A stretch of 56,129 nt of DNA. Source: Oscillibacter sp. (GTDB lineage: Bacteria; Bacillota; Clostridia; Oscillospirales; Oscillospiraceae). Positions 35,928 to 48,925 of the stretch are shown here, piece by piece. The stretch spans positions 14,367 through 70,495 of the forward strand of contig JAAVHD010000015.1 in assembly GCA_014799915.1 (NCBI GenBank), written 5' to 3'. Below the pieces are notes generated by a model. The model did not search any database, was not told the origin of the DNA, and saw nothing but the letters and a program-made list of their open reading frames with translations. Positions within the stretch are counted from its first letter, which is position 1, and each line of letters begins with the position of its first letter. Position numbers and translations under genes: made by a program.

Positions 35928-38900
35928 GCATCCAACTGACAGACAGCCAGCGGGCCGTGGTAGAGGACCGGGGCGGGCGGGTGCTGGTATCCGCCGCCGC
36001 CGGCAGCGGCAAGACCCGGGTCCTGGTGGAGCGGCTGTTTCTGCGTGTACTGGGGGAGGAGCAGGCGGACCTGGACGACTTCCTCATCATCACCTATACC
36101 CGCGCCGCCGCCGCCGAGCTGCGGCAGCGCATCGCCCAGGAGCTGGGCCGCCGCATGGCGGACCGCCCCGGCGACCGCCATCTCCAGCGGCAGCTGCTGC
36201 TGGTGTATCAGGCGGACATCAAGACCATCGACGCCTTCTGTACCGGACTTCTGAGGGAGAACGTCCATCTGCTGGACCTGGGGGAGCAGGGGGGACTCAC
36301 AGCGGACTTCCGCGTGCTGGACGAGAGCGAGGCGGAGCTGCTGCGGCAGAAGGTCCTGCCCCGGGTACTGGAGGATTTTTATACGGATATGACCCCCGGG
36401 CGGACCCTTCTGGCGGACTGCTTCGGCTTTGGCCGGGACGACCGGGGGCTGGAGGACCTGGTTCTGGAGCTTCATAGAAATGTCCAGAGCCACGCCTATC
36501 CGGAGCGCTGGCTGGAGGAGCAGAAGGCGGCCTGGGCCGCCCTGCCGGAGGACGGCGGGGAAACGGTCTTTGGCCGCGCGCTGCTGGAGCGGGTGGCGCG
36601 CAAGGCGCGGCACTGGGCGGCGCTGCTGGAGGGTATGCTGGAGGAGCTGCGCGGCGACGCGGCGGTGGAGAAAGCGTACACCCCCGGTTTCCAGAACGCC
36701 GCCGCCCAGCTGACGGCCCTGGCGGACGCGGCGGAGACCGGCTGGGATGCCGCCGCTGGGAAAATCCCCGTGTTTCCCCGGCTGTCCGCTGCCAGAAAGT
36801 GTGAAAATCCGGCATTAAAGGATAAAGCGAAGGCCCTCTGGGATCGTTGCAAGAAGGAAACTGCCGCCTTCTGCGCCATCCTGGACGCCTCCGGCGCGGA
36901 GACAGGGGAGGACCTGATCCGTTCGGCCCCAGCCATGGAGGCGCTGCTGACGCTGTGCATGGATTTCTCGGCGGCCTACCAGAAGGAGAAGCTGCGGCGG
37001 AACGTCACCGACTTCTCCGACCAAGAGCACTACGCCGTACGCCTGCTGCTTGGGGAGGAGGGACAGCCCACGCCCCTGGCTGAGGTGATGGCGGAGCGCT
37101 ACCGGGAGGTGATGGTGGACGAGTATCAGGACACCAACCAGGTACAGAATTGCATCTTCGACGCCCTGTCCCGCAATGGCAGGACCCTGTTCACCGTGGG
37201 GGACGTGAAGCAGTCCATCTACCGCTTCCGCCTTGCGGACCCCACTATCTTTTTAGAGCAGTACCGGGTCTATCCCGACGCGGCGGAGGCCGTGGAGGGG
37301 GAGCCCCGGCGTATCCTCCTCAGCCAGAATTTCCGGTCCCGTGGGCCGGTGCTGGACGCAGCCAACTTCGTCTTTTCCGCCGTCATGAGCAGGGAGATGG
37401 GGGAGGTGGACTACGGCGAGGCGGAGCGCCTCCACTTCGGCGCGGCCTATCTGCCGCCAAGGGAGGACTGCCAGACGGAGTTCCATCTCTTGATCCCGCC
37501 CCAGGATGGAGAGGAAGACCCGGAGGAAAAGGTTCCCGGCGCATTGCTGGAGGCCCGGTTCGCGGCGGAGCGGGTAGCCGGGCTGCTGGCGGAGGGCTAT
37601 CCCGTCACGGACGAGGACACCGGGGCGCTCCGCCCCTGCCGCCCGGAGGACATCGTGATCCTGATGCGCTCCCCCGGTCCCCGTCTGCGGCACTACGCCA
37701 GGGCGCTCTCGGAGCGGGGAATCCCCTGCTCCGCCCAGGAGAACGAGGATTTCTTCTCCACCATGGAGGTTGCGGTGGTCTGTTCACTGCTGGAGATCCT
37801 GGACAATCCCCGGCAGGATGTACCGTTGATTGCCGTGCTGCGCTCGCCCCTGGCGGGCTTCACCCCGGACCGGCTGGCGCTGATCCGGGGCCGGCACCCG
37901 GCGGGAGATTTTTACGAGGCCCTGTCCGCCTGCGAGGATGAGGACTGCGTACAGTTTTTACAGCAGCTGGAGGACCTGCGGAGCTTGTCCCGGGACATGA
38001 GCGTCCACCGGCTGGTCTGGCGGATATACAACCAGCTGAACGTCCTGGGCGTCTTCGGGGCCATGTCGGGGGGCGAGCGGCGGCGGGAGAATCTCATTGC
38101 CCTGTACGAGCACGCACGGAACTTTGAGAGCGCGGGCTATAAGGGGCTTTTTGCCTTTGTGTCCCACCTCCGGCGTTTGCTGGAGAACGGGGAACAGCCC
38201 CTCACCGCCTCCGGCTCTCCGGTGGGTGGCGTGCAGATCATGAGTATCCACAAGTCCAAGGGCCTGGAGTTCCCCATCGTGATCCTGGCGGACCTGGGGA
38301 AGCGGTTCAACCAGATGGACCTGCAAAAACCGGTGCTGGTCCATCCCCAGCTGGGCCTGGGGCCCCTGTACATCGACCTGGACCGCCATATCCGCTATCC
38401 CACCATCGCCCGGGAGGCGGTAGCTGGACTGCAAAGCCGGGAATCCCGCTCCGAGGAGATGCGGGTGCTGTATGTGGGCATGACCCGCGCAAAGGAGAAG
38501 CTGATCCTGACCGCCTCCATGCCGTCCCTGCGGCGGCTGAAGGATCTGACGGCCCTGTCGTCCCTGCCCGTCCCGCCGGAGACGGTGGACGGGGCAAGGT
38601 CCATGTCGGAGTGGATCCTGCTGCCCCTGCTGCAGCGGCGCGAGGCTGGGGAGCTACGGGCGCTGGTGGATCAGGAGGAGGGCATCTGGGCCCCAACAGA
38701 GGACGAGCCCTGGCTGGTGTCGGTTCACGAGCGGTCCCGGTACGCCGTCCCACCGGCACAGAGGGAGGCGGAGATCGTATCCTCCCGGGACGCTCTGCCG
38801 GTCAATCGGGAGGCGCTGGACTTCGTCTATTCCCACCAGGCCGCCTGCACCGTTCCCACCAAGCTCACCGCCACCCAGCTCAAGGGCCGTGAGAAGGACA

Positions 38901-39484
38901 AGGAGATCGCCGAAGAGACCGTCCAGCCCTACGTGCATCATGATTTTGCCGCGCCCCGGTTCCTGTCGGGCCAGCGGCCTCTCACCGCCTCGGAGCGGGG
39001 CACCGCCACACACATGGTGATGCAGAACCTGCCCCTAAAGGAGGACACGGATGTGGATGCGGTGATAGCGGACCTGGTCACCCGGCATCTGCTGACCCGG
39101 GAGCAGGCGGAGGCCGTAGACCGGGGGGCGATCCGGCGCTTTCTGCGCTCACCGCTGTGTGCGGACCTGCGGCAGGCGGAACCGGTGGAGCGGGAATACC
39201 GGTTCAGTTTGCTGCTGCCGGGGGAGGCGTATTTCCCCGAGCTGGGAGCGGGGGAGGAGATCATGCTCCAGGGCGTGGTAGATCTGTTCGCCGTGAAGGA
39301 CGGGGCCGTCACCGTGGTGGACTTCAAGACGGACTATGTGACCGAGGACACCCTTCAGGAAAAGGCGGAGAGCTACCGTCCCCAACTGGAGGCCTACAGC
39401 GCCGCGCTGGAGCGCATTCTGGAGCTGCCGGTGAAGCGGCGGGTCTTGTACTTCTTCCGCCTGGGACGGACGGTGGAGGTATAG
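35924..39484 (+). CDS. addA: ATP-dependent helicase/nuclease subunit A (UvrD/Rep-type helicase plus nuclease)
   Basis: AAAGSGKT Walker A, VDEYQDTN, TVGDVKQSIYRFR, SIHKSKGLEF, YVGMTRAKEKL, C-terminal nuclease (GVVDLF...VVDFKTD). 4-nt overlap with addB. Confidence 0.92.
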   Translation: MSIQLTDSQRAVVEDRGGRVLVSAAAGSGKTRVLVERLFLRVLGEEQADLDDFLIITYTRAAAAELRQRIAQELGRRMADRPGDRHLQRQLLLVYQADIKTIDAFCTGLLRENVHLLDLGEQGGLTADFRVLDESEAELLRQKVLPRVLEDFYTDMTPGRTLLADCFGFGRDDRGLEDLVLELHRNVQSHAYPERWLEEQKAAWAALPEDGGETVFGRALLERVARKARHWAALLEGMLEELRGDAAVEKAYTPGFQNAAAQLTALADAAETGWDAAAGKIPVFPRLSAARKCENPALKDKAKALWDRCKKETAAFCAILDASGAETGEDLIRSAPAMEALLTLCMDFSAAYQKEKLRRNVTDFSDQEHYAVRLLLGEEGQPTPLAEVMAERYREVMVDEYQDTNQVQNCIFDALSRNGRTLFTVGDVKQSIYRFRLADPTIFLEQYRVYPDAAEAVEGEPRRILLSQNFRSRGPVLDAANFVFSAVMSREMGEVDYGEAERLHFGAAYLPPREDCQTEFHLLIPPQDGEEDPEEKVPGALLEARFAAERVAGLLAEGYPVTDEDTGALRPCRPEDIVILMRSPGPRLRHYARALSERGIPCSAQENEDFFSTMEVAVVCSLLEILDNPRQDVPLIAVLRSPLAGFTPDRLALIRGRHPAGDFYEALSACEDEDCVQFLQQLEDLRSLSRDMSVHRLVWRIYNQLNVLGVFGAMSGGERRRENLIALYEHARNFESAGYKGLFAFVSHLRRLLENGEQPLTASGSPVGGVQIMSIHKSKGLEFPIVILADLGKRFNQMDLQKPVLVHPQLGLGPLYIDLDRHIRYPTIAREAVAGLQSRESRSEEMRVLYVGMTRAKEKLILTASMPSLRRLKDLTALSSLPVPPETVDGARSMSEWILLPLLQRREAGELRALVDQEEGIWAPTEDEPWLVSVHERSRYAVPPAQREAEIVSSRDALPVNREALDFVYSHQAACTVPTKLTATQLKGREKDKEIAEETVQPYVHHDFAAPRFLSGQRPLTASERGTATHMVMQNLPLKEDTDVDAVIADLVTRHLLTREQAEAVDRGAIRRFLRSPLCADLRQAEPVEREYRFSLLLPGEAYFPELGAGEEIMLQGVVDLFAVKDGAVTVVDFKTDYVTEDTLQEKAESYRPQLEAYSAALERILELPVKRRVLYFFRLGRTVEV

Positions 39485-39507
39485 GGAGCGTTCCGTATAG
39501 AAAAGGT

Positions 39508-39587
39508 ATGGCCCCGGAGGCATGAATGCCTCCGGGGCCATGGTTTGGTTTTGCTCAATATGCCCAAATTGCCGTTTTTGGGCTTTT
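39508..39587 (+). terminator. Tandem terminators after addA
   Basis: Hairpin atggccccggaggcat / atgcctccggggccat (39508-39541) plus a T-rich tail. Second hairpin gcccaaa / tttgggc (39562-39583) plus tttt. Confidence 0.65.
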
Positions 39588-39695
39588 CGTTTCTGTGATG
39601 GAGAAATCTGTCCGTAAAAAAGGAAAGGCCGCCGGAGGGGTTAGCCTGCCGGGAAAGATCATCAGTCAAATTTCCTTATTTTTCCGAGAAAGGTA

Positions 39696-39724
39696 TAGCA
39701 TTTTCCACGGGGATATGGTATACT
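39696..39724 (+). promoter_or_regulatory. Extended -10 promoter candidate for the hybrid kinase gene
   Basis: TGgTATACT at 39716-39724 with a weak -35 (TAGCAT). ggagg RBS lies before ATG 39782. Confidence 0.35.
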
Positions 39725-39781
39725 GAACGCTGAATGAAAGTATCTTGATCCACATATTGTGCAAAGAAAGTGGAGGTATAG

Positions 39782-41431
39782 ATGGACGCGTTTGAAAATG
39801 GCAGATACCGGAACATGGACCTGACCCAACGCGTCGGGGAGCTGGAACGGGAAAATGCGGAGCTGCGCCGGGCGCTGGAAGCGGCGGAGGAGGCCAACCA
39901 GGCCAAGAGCCGGTTCCTCTCGAATATGTCCCACGATATCCGCACGCCTATGAATGCTATCGTGGGCATGACGGCTATCGGCTTAAGCCATATCGACGAG
40001 AAGGCGCGGGTGCAGGATTGTCTGGACAAGATCCGCACGGCGTCCTCCCATTTGATGAGCTTGGTCAACGATGTGCTGGATATGTCCAGGATCGACAGCG
40101 GACGGGTGGTTTTCAGCCAGGAGGAGTTCTCCCTGGCGGATCTGACCCACGAGCTGGCCGTCATTGTCCGGCCCCAGGCAGTGCAGAAGGAGCAGAACCT
40201 GTACTTTGAGATCGGGCAGATCTGCGAAGAAAATCTGATCGGCGATCCGCTCCATCTGCGTCAGATCCTGGTGAATATTATCAATAATGCGGTGAAATAC
40301 ACCCCGGCGGGCGGGAAGATCCATGTCCGCTTTTCCCAGCGGCCCGTCCGGGAGGACGGCGTGGTTTGGCTGGATTTCCTCTGCGAGGACAACGGTATCG
40401 GCATGAGCGAGGATTTCCTGGAGCGGATCTTCGAGCCCTTTGAGCGGGTAAAGAGCAGCACGGTGGACAAAATCGAGGGCACGGGCCTGGGTATGTCCAT
40501 CGTGAAGAGCCTGGTGGACGGCATGGGCGGCCAGATCCATGTGAAGAGCCAGGAGGGCAGGGGCAGCGAGTTCACTGTGGAACTGCCGATGCTGGCCTGT
40601 CCCCGGAAACAGGTCCGAAGCCTGCCGGAGGATGCGCAGGTGCTGGTGGTGGAGCGGAAGAACGACCGCGCGGCGCAGATCTGCGACTGCCTCTGGGGCG
40701 GCGGTCTGGTACCGGTGCGACTGGAGGGCGGCATGGAGGCCGTCACCTATCTGACCGAGGCGAACTACGAGGGGTATATGCCCAGCGCCCTGTTGCTGGG
40801 GCAGGAGCTGACGGACATGCCGCCGCTGGAGGCCGCGGCCTATGTGCGGAAGCTGGCGGGGCCGGACTTCCCGATCCTGCTGGTGTCGGAGGGGGACTGG
40901 GCCCAGATGGAGTACCGGGCTACCCGGGCGGGGATCAACGCCTTTGTGCCCTGTCCTCTGTTTGGCAGCCGCCTGCTGGACACCATTGACAGCCTGGTGG
41001 AGAACGCCGGCGGGAACAGCGGCAAGGCGGGCTCCCGGGAAGGGGATTACAGCGCCTACCGCCTGCTGCTGGTGGAGGACAACGAATTGAATCTGGAGAT
41101 CGCTACGGAGCTGCTGAGCATGACCGGCATCCAGGTGGAGACCGCGGAGAACGGACTGGAGGCGGTGGAGAAATTTGCCGCCGCGCCGGAGGGTCACTAC
41201 GATATTATCCTGATGGATATCCAGATGCCCGTTATGAACGGCTATGAGGCGGTCCGGAAGATCCGGAAAATGGACCGGGCCGACGCGGGAAGTGTCTGGA
41301 TCGTGGCTATGACCGCCAACGCCTTCATGGAGGATGTGCGCCTCGCCAAGGACGCGGGTATGAACGAGCACCTGTCCAAGCCGGTGGATTTGGAGCGGCT
41401 GCAGGATGTGCTGCGCAGGCAGCTGCACTGA
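39782..41431 (+). CDS. Cytoplasmic hybrid sensor histidine kinase (coiled coil, HisKA, HATPase, pseudo-receiver, receiver)
   Basis: H-box [12 protein letters not shown]-box [11 protein letters not shown]-boxes DNGIGM and GTGLGMSIV. The terminal REC has LLLVEDN...ILMDIQMP...TANAF...SKP. No TM or PAS-like segment is evident. Confidence 0.85.
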   Translation: MDAFENGRYRNMDLTQRVGELERENAELRRALEAAEEANQAKSRFLSNMSHDIRTPMNAIVGMTAIGLSHIDEKARVQDCLDKIRTASSHLMSLVNDVLDMSRIDSGRVVFSQEEFSLADLTHELAVIVRPQAVQKEQNLYFEIGQICEENLIGDPLHLRQILVNIINNAVKYTPAGGKIHVRFSQRPVREDGVVWLDFLCEDNGIGMSEDFLERIFEPFERVKSSTVDKIEGTGLGMSIVKSLVDGMGGQIHVKSQEGRGSEFTVELPMLACPRKQVRSLPEDAQVLVVERKNDRAAQICDCLWGGGLVPVRLEGGMEAVTYLTEANYEGYMPSALLLGQELTDMPPLEAAAYVRKLAGPDFPILLVSEGDWAQMEYRATRAGINAFVPCPLFGSRLLDTIDSLVENAGGNSGKAGSREGDYSAYRLLLVEDNELNLEIATELLSMTGIQVETAENGLEAVEKFAAAPEGHYDIILMDIQMPVMNGYEAVRKIRKMDRADAGSVWIVAMTANAFMEDVRLAKDAGMNEHLSKPVDLERLQDVLRRQLH

Positions 41432-41448
41432 GCAGATCCCCTGACGGA

Positions 41449-41573
41449 GTATTATTTCCGAGCTAAAAGCTCGGAAATAATACATTTGATTTGAGCCGTT
41501 TTGCTCGCCGCCGTTTGGCGGCAACCGCAAAACATGGCACATATTACTTCTGAGCTTTGAGCTCAGAAGTAAT
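41449..41573. repeat. Hairpin train between the kinase and the HD-GYP gene
   Basis: Three strong hairpins. The first has a 16-bp stem, gtattatttccgagct / agctcggaaataatac (41449-41483). The second is nested, gttttgc..gccgcc-gttt-ggcggc..gcaaaac (41498-41533). The third has a 14-bp stem, attacttctgagct / agctcagaagtaat (41543-41573). Confidence 0.8.
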
Positions 41574-41595
41574 ATATAGAGAGAGGTGAGCATAA

Positions 41596-43449
41596 ATGCG
41601 GCCATATCAGCAGAAATATATCGACAATGTCCGGGAAATCGCCGCGCTCACCGAGCGTCTGAAGCCGGGGGAGCTGGTCTTTGAGGAGTATGCAGCTCTG
41701 CTCCGGGAGAGGGAGCGGCAGGCGGCGGAAAAGGTGAAGGAAAACCTGGAGCTGCTGCGCAGGAATCTGCTGCCCACGGTGGACCACCTGTTTGAGACAA
41801 CGCCGGAGGACCTAAAGGATCTGGAGGACTTTGCCTCCCAGCTGCGTGGAAACACGGAGACCCGGGACGAGGGCCTGTTCCGCCTGATCCATCAGGCACT
41901 GTTGAGCCTGGCCCGGCAGCGGGGGGACCGAAACGCCATGATCCGGGAGCTGTACTGGCTGGGGATGGGCTATTTTGACCTGAGCAGCAAGCTGGTGGGA
42001 CTGGGGCTGCAGCATGTGGCGAAGTACGTCAGCCAGATGCGCCTGTGTTTCACGGAGGCGGCGGCCTATCTGAAATATTTTGATGAGATCGACGATACGG
42101 AGACCCGGGGATATATCCTGCGTTCCCGGGCCAATATGTCCCTGGGACTTTTCAGATCCCCCGGCGAGAAGATTAGTCAGGTGCGGGAGACGCTGCGGAT
42201 CATGCAGGACGAGTCCTATCAGAGCAAGGAGCCGGATCTGCCGTGGGACCGCTATATCTACACGGTCCATCAGCAGATGGCGACCAGCATCTCCTACCGC
42301 AAGGAGAAGGTGATGACGCCGGAGGATATGGCCAGCATTATGGATTCGGCCTATATCGTCTATCAGCGGCGGATACAGGAGACGAGTGAAAAGCATGAAA
42401 CGCCGCCCCTGCGCTGGGCGTTTCCTTATTATGCCATTGAGTATTACTGCGGGATCTACGATATGGACCATCTGCTGGGGCGGGTGGAGATGCTGCTGGA
42501 CGCGGCGGACCCCGCCGACCGCTCGCCGGACGGGATGTATGGAATTTTGTCCCTGCCAGCATTTTACTGCCAGTATCTGCTCCAGTATCCGGAACGAATC
42601 CCGGGCAGGGAGGCGTATATCGACTCCCTTTTCCGGCGGGCCATGAACTATGCGGATTCCTTTGCTTCGTCGAAGGAGGATCGTATCCCCCTTTACATCC
42701 GGCATCTGTCCTACATGTATCTGGAAACCAGCAGCGGGACCCCCTTCGGGGAGTTTCTCCAATGGATGATGCTCCGGTTCATGCCGGAGGTATATTTGCA
42801 CTCCTGGATGGTGGGCACGGCGGCCAAGGCGCTGTGCGAGCTGATCCTGGAGGAGGAACCGGAGTTTTTCGACGATATCCCTGAGATCTGCGCACTGACG
42901 GACCCGCAAAAGAAGCGGCGGCAGGTGCTGGACGACGCCATGCAGAGCGGCCTGCTCCACGACATCGGGAAGGTCAGCGTGCTGGAGCTGTCCACCCGCA
43001 CTGTGCGGCAATGGCAGGAGGAGGAGTACGAGGTCACCTGCCTGCATACGGCGGCGGGACATCTCCTCCTGAGTGAGCGGGCCTCCACGGAGCGCTTCGC
43101 CCCAGTGGCGCTGGGGCACCACGCCTGGTATGACGGCTCCGCCTACGGATATCCCGCGACCTATAAGCGGCTGGAGTGTCCCAGCCGTCAGATGGTGGAT
43201 GTTGTCGGCCTGATAGACTGGATCGAGGCTGTGACCAACTCCGACTGCTCCCACACGGGAATTGTGATGACCTTTGACGAGGCGGTGGAGGAGGCCATTG
43301 CCCTGGAGGGGCGGCAGTTCTCACCCCTGCTGACCGCCCGTCTGCGGGATAAGCAGGTAACAGAGAAGATCCGTCAGGCCTTTAAGGCCGGCCGCCGGGA
43401 GGCATACCGTCAGATGTACGAGCAGGAGCGGGAAAGGGATGATCCCTGA
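41596..43449 (+). CDS. HD-GYP-domain protein with a large uncharacterised N-terminal domain
   Basis: C-terminal HD-GYP signature: LHSWMVGTAAKAL, LLHDIGKVSV, GHHAWYDGSAYGYP. The first 400 or so aa have no family I recognise. Confidence 0.75.
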   Translation: MRPYQQKYIDNVREIAALTERLKPGELVFEEYAALLRERERQAAEKVKENLELLRRNLLPTVDHLFETTPEDLKDLEDFASQLRGNTETRDEGLFRLIHQALLSLARQRGDRNAMIRELYWLGMGYFDLSSKLVGLGLQHVAKYVSQMRLCFTEAAAYLKYFDEIDDTETRGYILRSRANMSLGLFRSPGEKISQVRETLRIMQDESYQSKEPDLPWDRYIYTVHQQMATSISYRKEKVMTPEDMASIMDSAYIVYQRRIQETSEKHETPPLRWAFPYYAIEYYCGIYDMDHLLGRVEMLLDAADPADRSPDGMYGILSLPAFYCQYLLQYPERIPGREAYIDSLFRRAMNYADSFASSKEDRIPLYIRHLSYMYLETSSGTPFGEFLQWMMLRFMPEVYLHSWMVGTAAKALCELILEEEPEFFDDIPEICALTDPQKKRRQVLDDAMQSGLLHDIGKVSVLELSTRTVRQWQEEEYEVTCLHTAAGHLLLSERASTERFAPVALGHHAWYDGSAYGYPATYKRLECPSRQMVDVVGLIDWIEAVTNSDCSHTGIVMTFDEAVEEAIALEGRQFSPLLTARLRDKQVTEKIRQAFKAGRREAYRQMYEQERERDDP

Positions 43450-43485
43450 GCATACTGCCGGTGTGCCCATAGGAATAGATACTAC

Positions 43486-43534
43486 GATCAACCAACTTGA
43501 AAAGTAGATTTGCTATTTTTCAAGTTGGTTGATC
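43486..43534 (+). other. Perfect 18-bp stem-loop between the HD-GYP gene and pepA
   Basis: gatcaaccaacttgaaaa / ttttcaagttggttgatc with a 13-nt loop and no clean U-tract after it. Possible terminator or processing/stability element. Confidence 0.5.
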
Positions 43535-43562
43535 ATATCAGATATCAGAAGGAGAAGATGTT

Positions 43563-44909
43563 ATGGTTAGATTGTGGAATGGAGAAGATGTCCAGTGGAA
43601 GATCAAGCTGTGCCTGGGCGGTAAGGAGGGCTCACTGGAGCCGGGCGAGGAGGCCAGGGAGCTGGCAGCAGGTCTGCCGGAGAAGCCGAAGGCCGAGGAT
43701 CTGCGCCGGTGCGCCGCCAGGGCGGCCCTTGAGATCCGGACACTGGGCGGTACATCTGCGCTGCTGGATGTGTCGCCCGCCGTGGAGGCGCTGGGCGGCG
43801 AGGGGCTGGCAGCCCTGGTCCAGGGCTTTGAGCTGGCCCTCTACCGGCAGGAGAACTGGAAGCAGGAGAAGAAGGAGGAGAAGCCTCTCGACCTCTACCT
43901 CACCGGCGCGGGCGATGGGGACGCGGTCCTGGCGGAGACCACCGTGCTGGATCGCTGGGTATGCTTTGCCAGGGATCTGGTGAACCGCCCCTCCAACAAG
44001 CTGACGCCTGTGATGCTGGCCCAGGCGGTGACAGAGGCAGCAAAAGATCTGCCCGTAGAGGTCCAGGTGCTGGACGAGAACGAGACCCGCGCACTGGGGA
44101 TGGAGGCGTTCCATGCCGTAGGCGACAGCTCCGCCAACCCGCCCAGGCTCATTGTCCTGCGCTATCGCGGCGGCAGGGAGGAGGCACCCATCGCCCTGGT
44201 GGGCAAGGGCGTGTGCTTTGACTCCGGCGGATACAGCATCAAGCGGAGTATGCGGGGCATGAAGGGCGACATGGCCGGCGGCGCGTCGGTGTGTGCGGCG
44301 ATCCTGGCCCTGGCGGAGAATCGGGTGCCGGTGAACGTGACGGCGGTGATCCCCGCTGTGGAAAACCGCATTTCTCCGGCCAGCTTCCTGCCCGACGACG
44401 TGATCGGCTCCATGTCTGGCAAGACCATTGAGATCGGCAGTACCGACGCCGAGGGCCGTCTGATCCTGGCTGACGCCATTACCTACGCCATTGAGAAGGA
44501 AAACGCCTGCAAAGTGGTGGATATTGCCACGCTGACCGGAGCGATCGCCCGGATGTTGGGCGGCGTTGCCGCTGGCGTGATGGCCAATGACGATGATTTC
44601 TACGCCGCGCTTCAATCTGCCGCCGGGCATACCGGGGAGAAGTTCTGGAGGATGCCGGATTATCCGGAGTATAAGAAGCTGATCGAGAGCCCGGTGGCGG
44701 ATCTGTACAACTCCAGCGAGGGCTGCGGGGCTATCGCGGCGGGCATGTTCCTGCGGGCCTTCGCCGGGGATACGCCCTGGGTTCATCTGGATATCGCCGG
44801 TACAGGTCACTCCAGCGGCCAGGGTCAGCCCTATCAGCCCAAGGGGGCTACAGGTATGGGGGTCACGACGCTTTACCAGATGTGCAAGGATATGGCAGGG
44901 AAAGAATAA
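43563..44909 (+). CDS. pepA: Leucyl aminopeptidase (M17)
   Basis: VGKGVCFDSGGYSIK, MKGDMAGGA, STDAEGRLILADA and GMGV are canonical M17 motifs. Confidence 0.88.
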   Translation: MVRLWNGEDVQWKIKLCLGGKEGSLEPGEEARELAAGLPEKPKAEDLRRCAARAALEIRTLGGTSALLDVSPAVEALGGEGLAALVQGFELALYRQENWKQEKKEEKPLDLYLTGAGDGDAVLAETTVLDRWVCFARDLVNRPSNKLTPVMLAQAVTEAAKDLPVEVQVLDENETRALGMEAFHAVGDSSANPPRLIVLRYRGGREEAPIALVGKGVCFDSGGYSIKRSMRGMKGDMAGGASVCAAILALAENRVPVNVTAVIPAVENRISPASFLPDDVIGSMSGKTIEIGSTDAEGRLILADAITYAIEKENACKVVDIATLTGAIARMLGGVAAGVMANDDDFYAALQSAAGHTGEKFWRMPDYPEYKKLIESPVADLYNSSEGCGAIAAGMFLRAFAGDTPWVHLDIAGTGHSSGQGQPYQPKGATGMGVTTLYQMCKDMAGKE

Positions 44910-44910
44910 T

Positions 44911-45166
44911 AAAAGTTTCGTCCACCTTTTCAAAGGTGGCGGAGTCCAGACGTTAGGCGGCCTTTGGCCGCCCCAGCTGTCGGTCCGCCTACGGCGGACC
45001 ACATGGGCAGCGCCTCTGGTCGCGCCCCGCAGGGCGCGAAATTCCCCAAAAGCCGCGCTCAAAAAAATCTTTTCTCTAGCACAATCCCGAACCACGCGCG
45101 GCTTTTAAGCGCATTTGCCGCTTACGCGGCAAACAGCGCCCGGGAGTTTCTGTCAAATCCTGATTC
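44911..45166 (-). repeat. Multi-hairpin intergenic repeat, copy 3 (inverted, most divergent)
   Basis: Its reverse complement aligns over the full length with copies 1 and 2. Several stems differ by paired (compensatory) substitutions. Sits between the convergent pepA and rpoC. Confidence 0.88.
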
Positions 45167-45184
45167 GCCTATTTTCATAGTAAT

Positions 45185-45223
45185 AAAAAAGTCGGAAGCC
45201 ATTTATTGGCTTCCGACTTTTTT
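45185..45223. terminator. Bidirectional terminator downstream of rpoC
   Basis: aaaaaa-gtcggaagcc-atttatt-ggcttccgac-tttttt. Confidence 0.8.
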
Positions 45224-45241
45224 AATCACAGAAGAGGAAAA

Positions 45242-48907
<3,666 letters not shown>

Positions 48908-48925
48908 TTACACAGCTCCTCCCGG

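Noticed and set aside
41449-41573. Hairpin arrays considered as a CRISPR array
   Set aside because: There are no direct repeats separated by unique spacers of regular length. The units are inverted repeats (hairpins) of differing sequence, and no cas genes are nearby.
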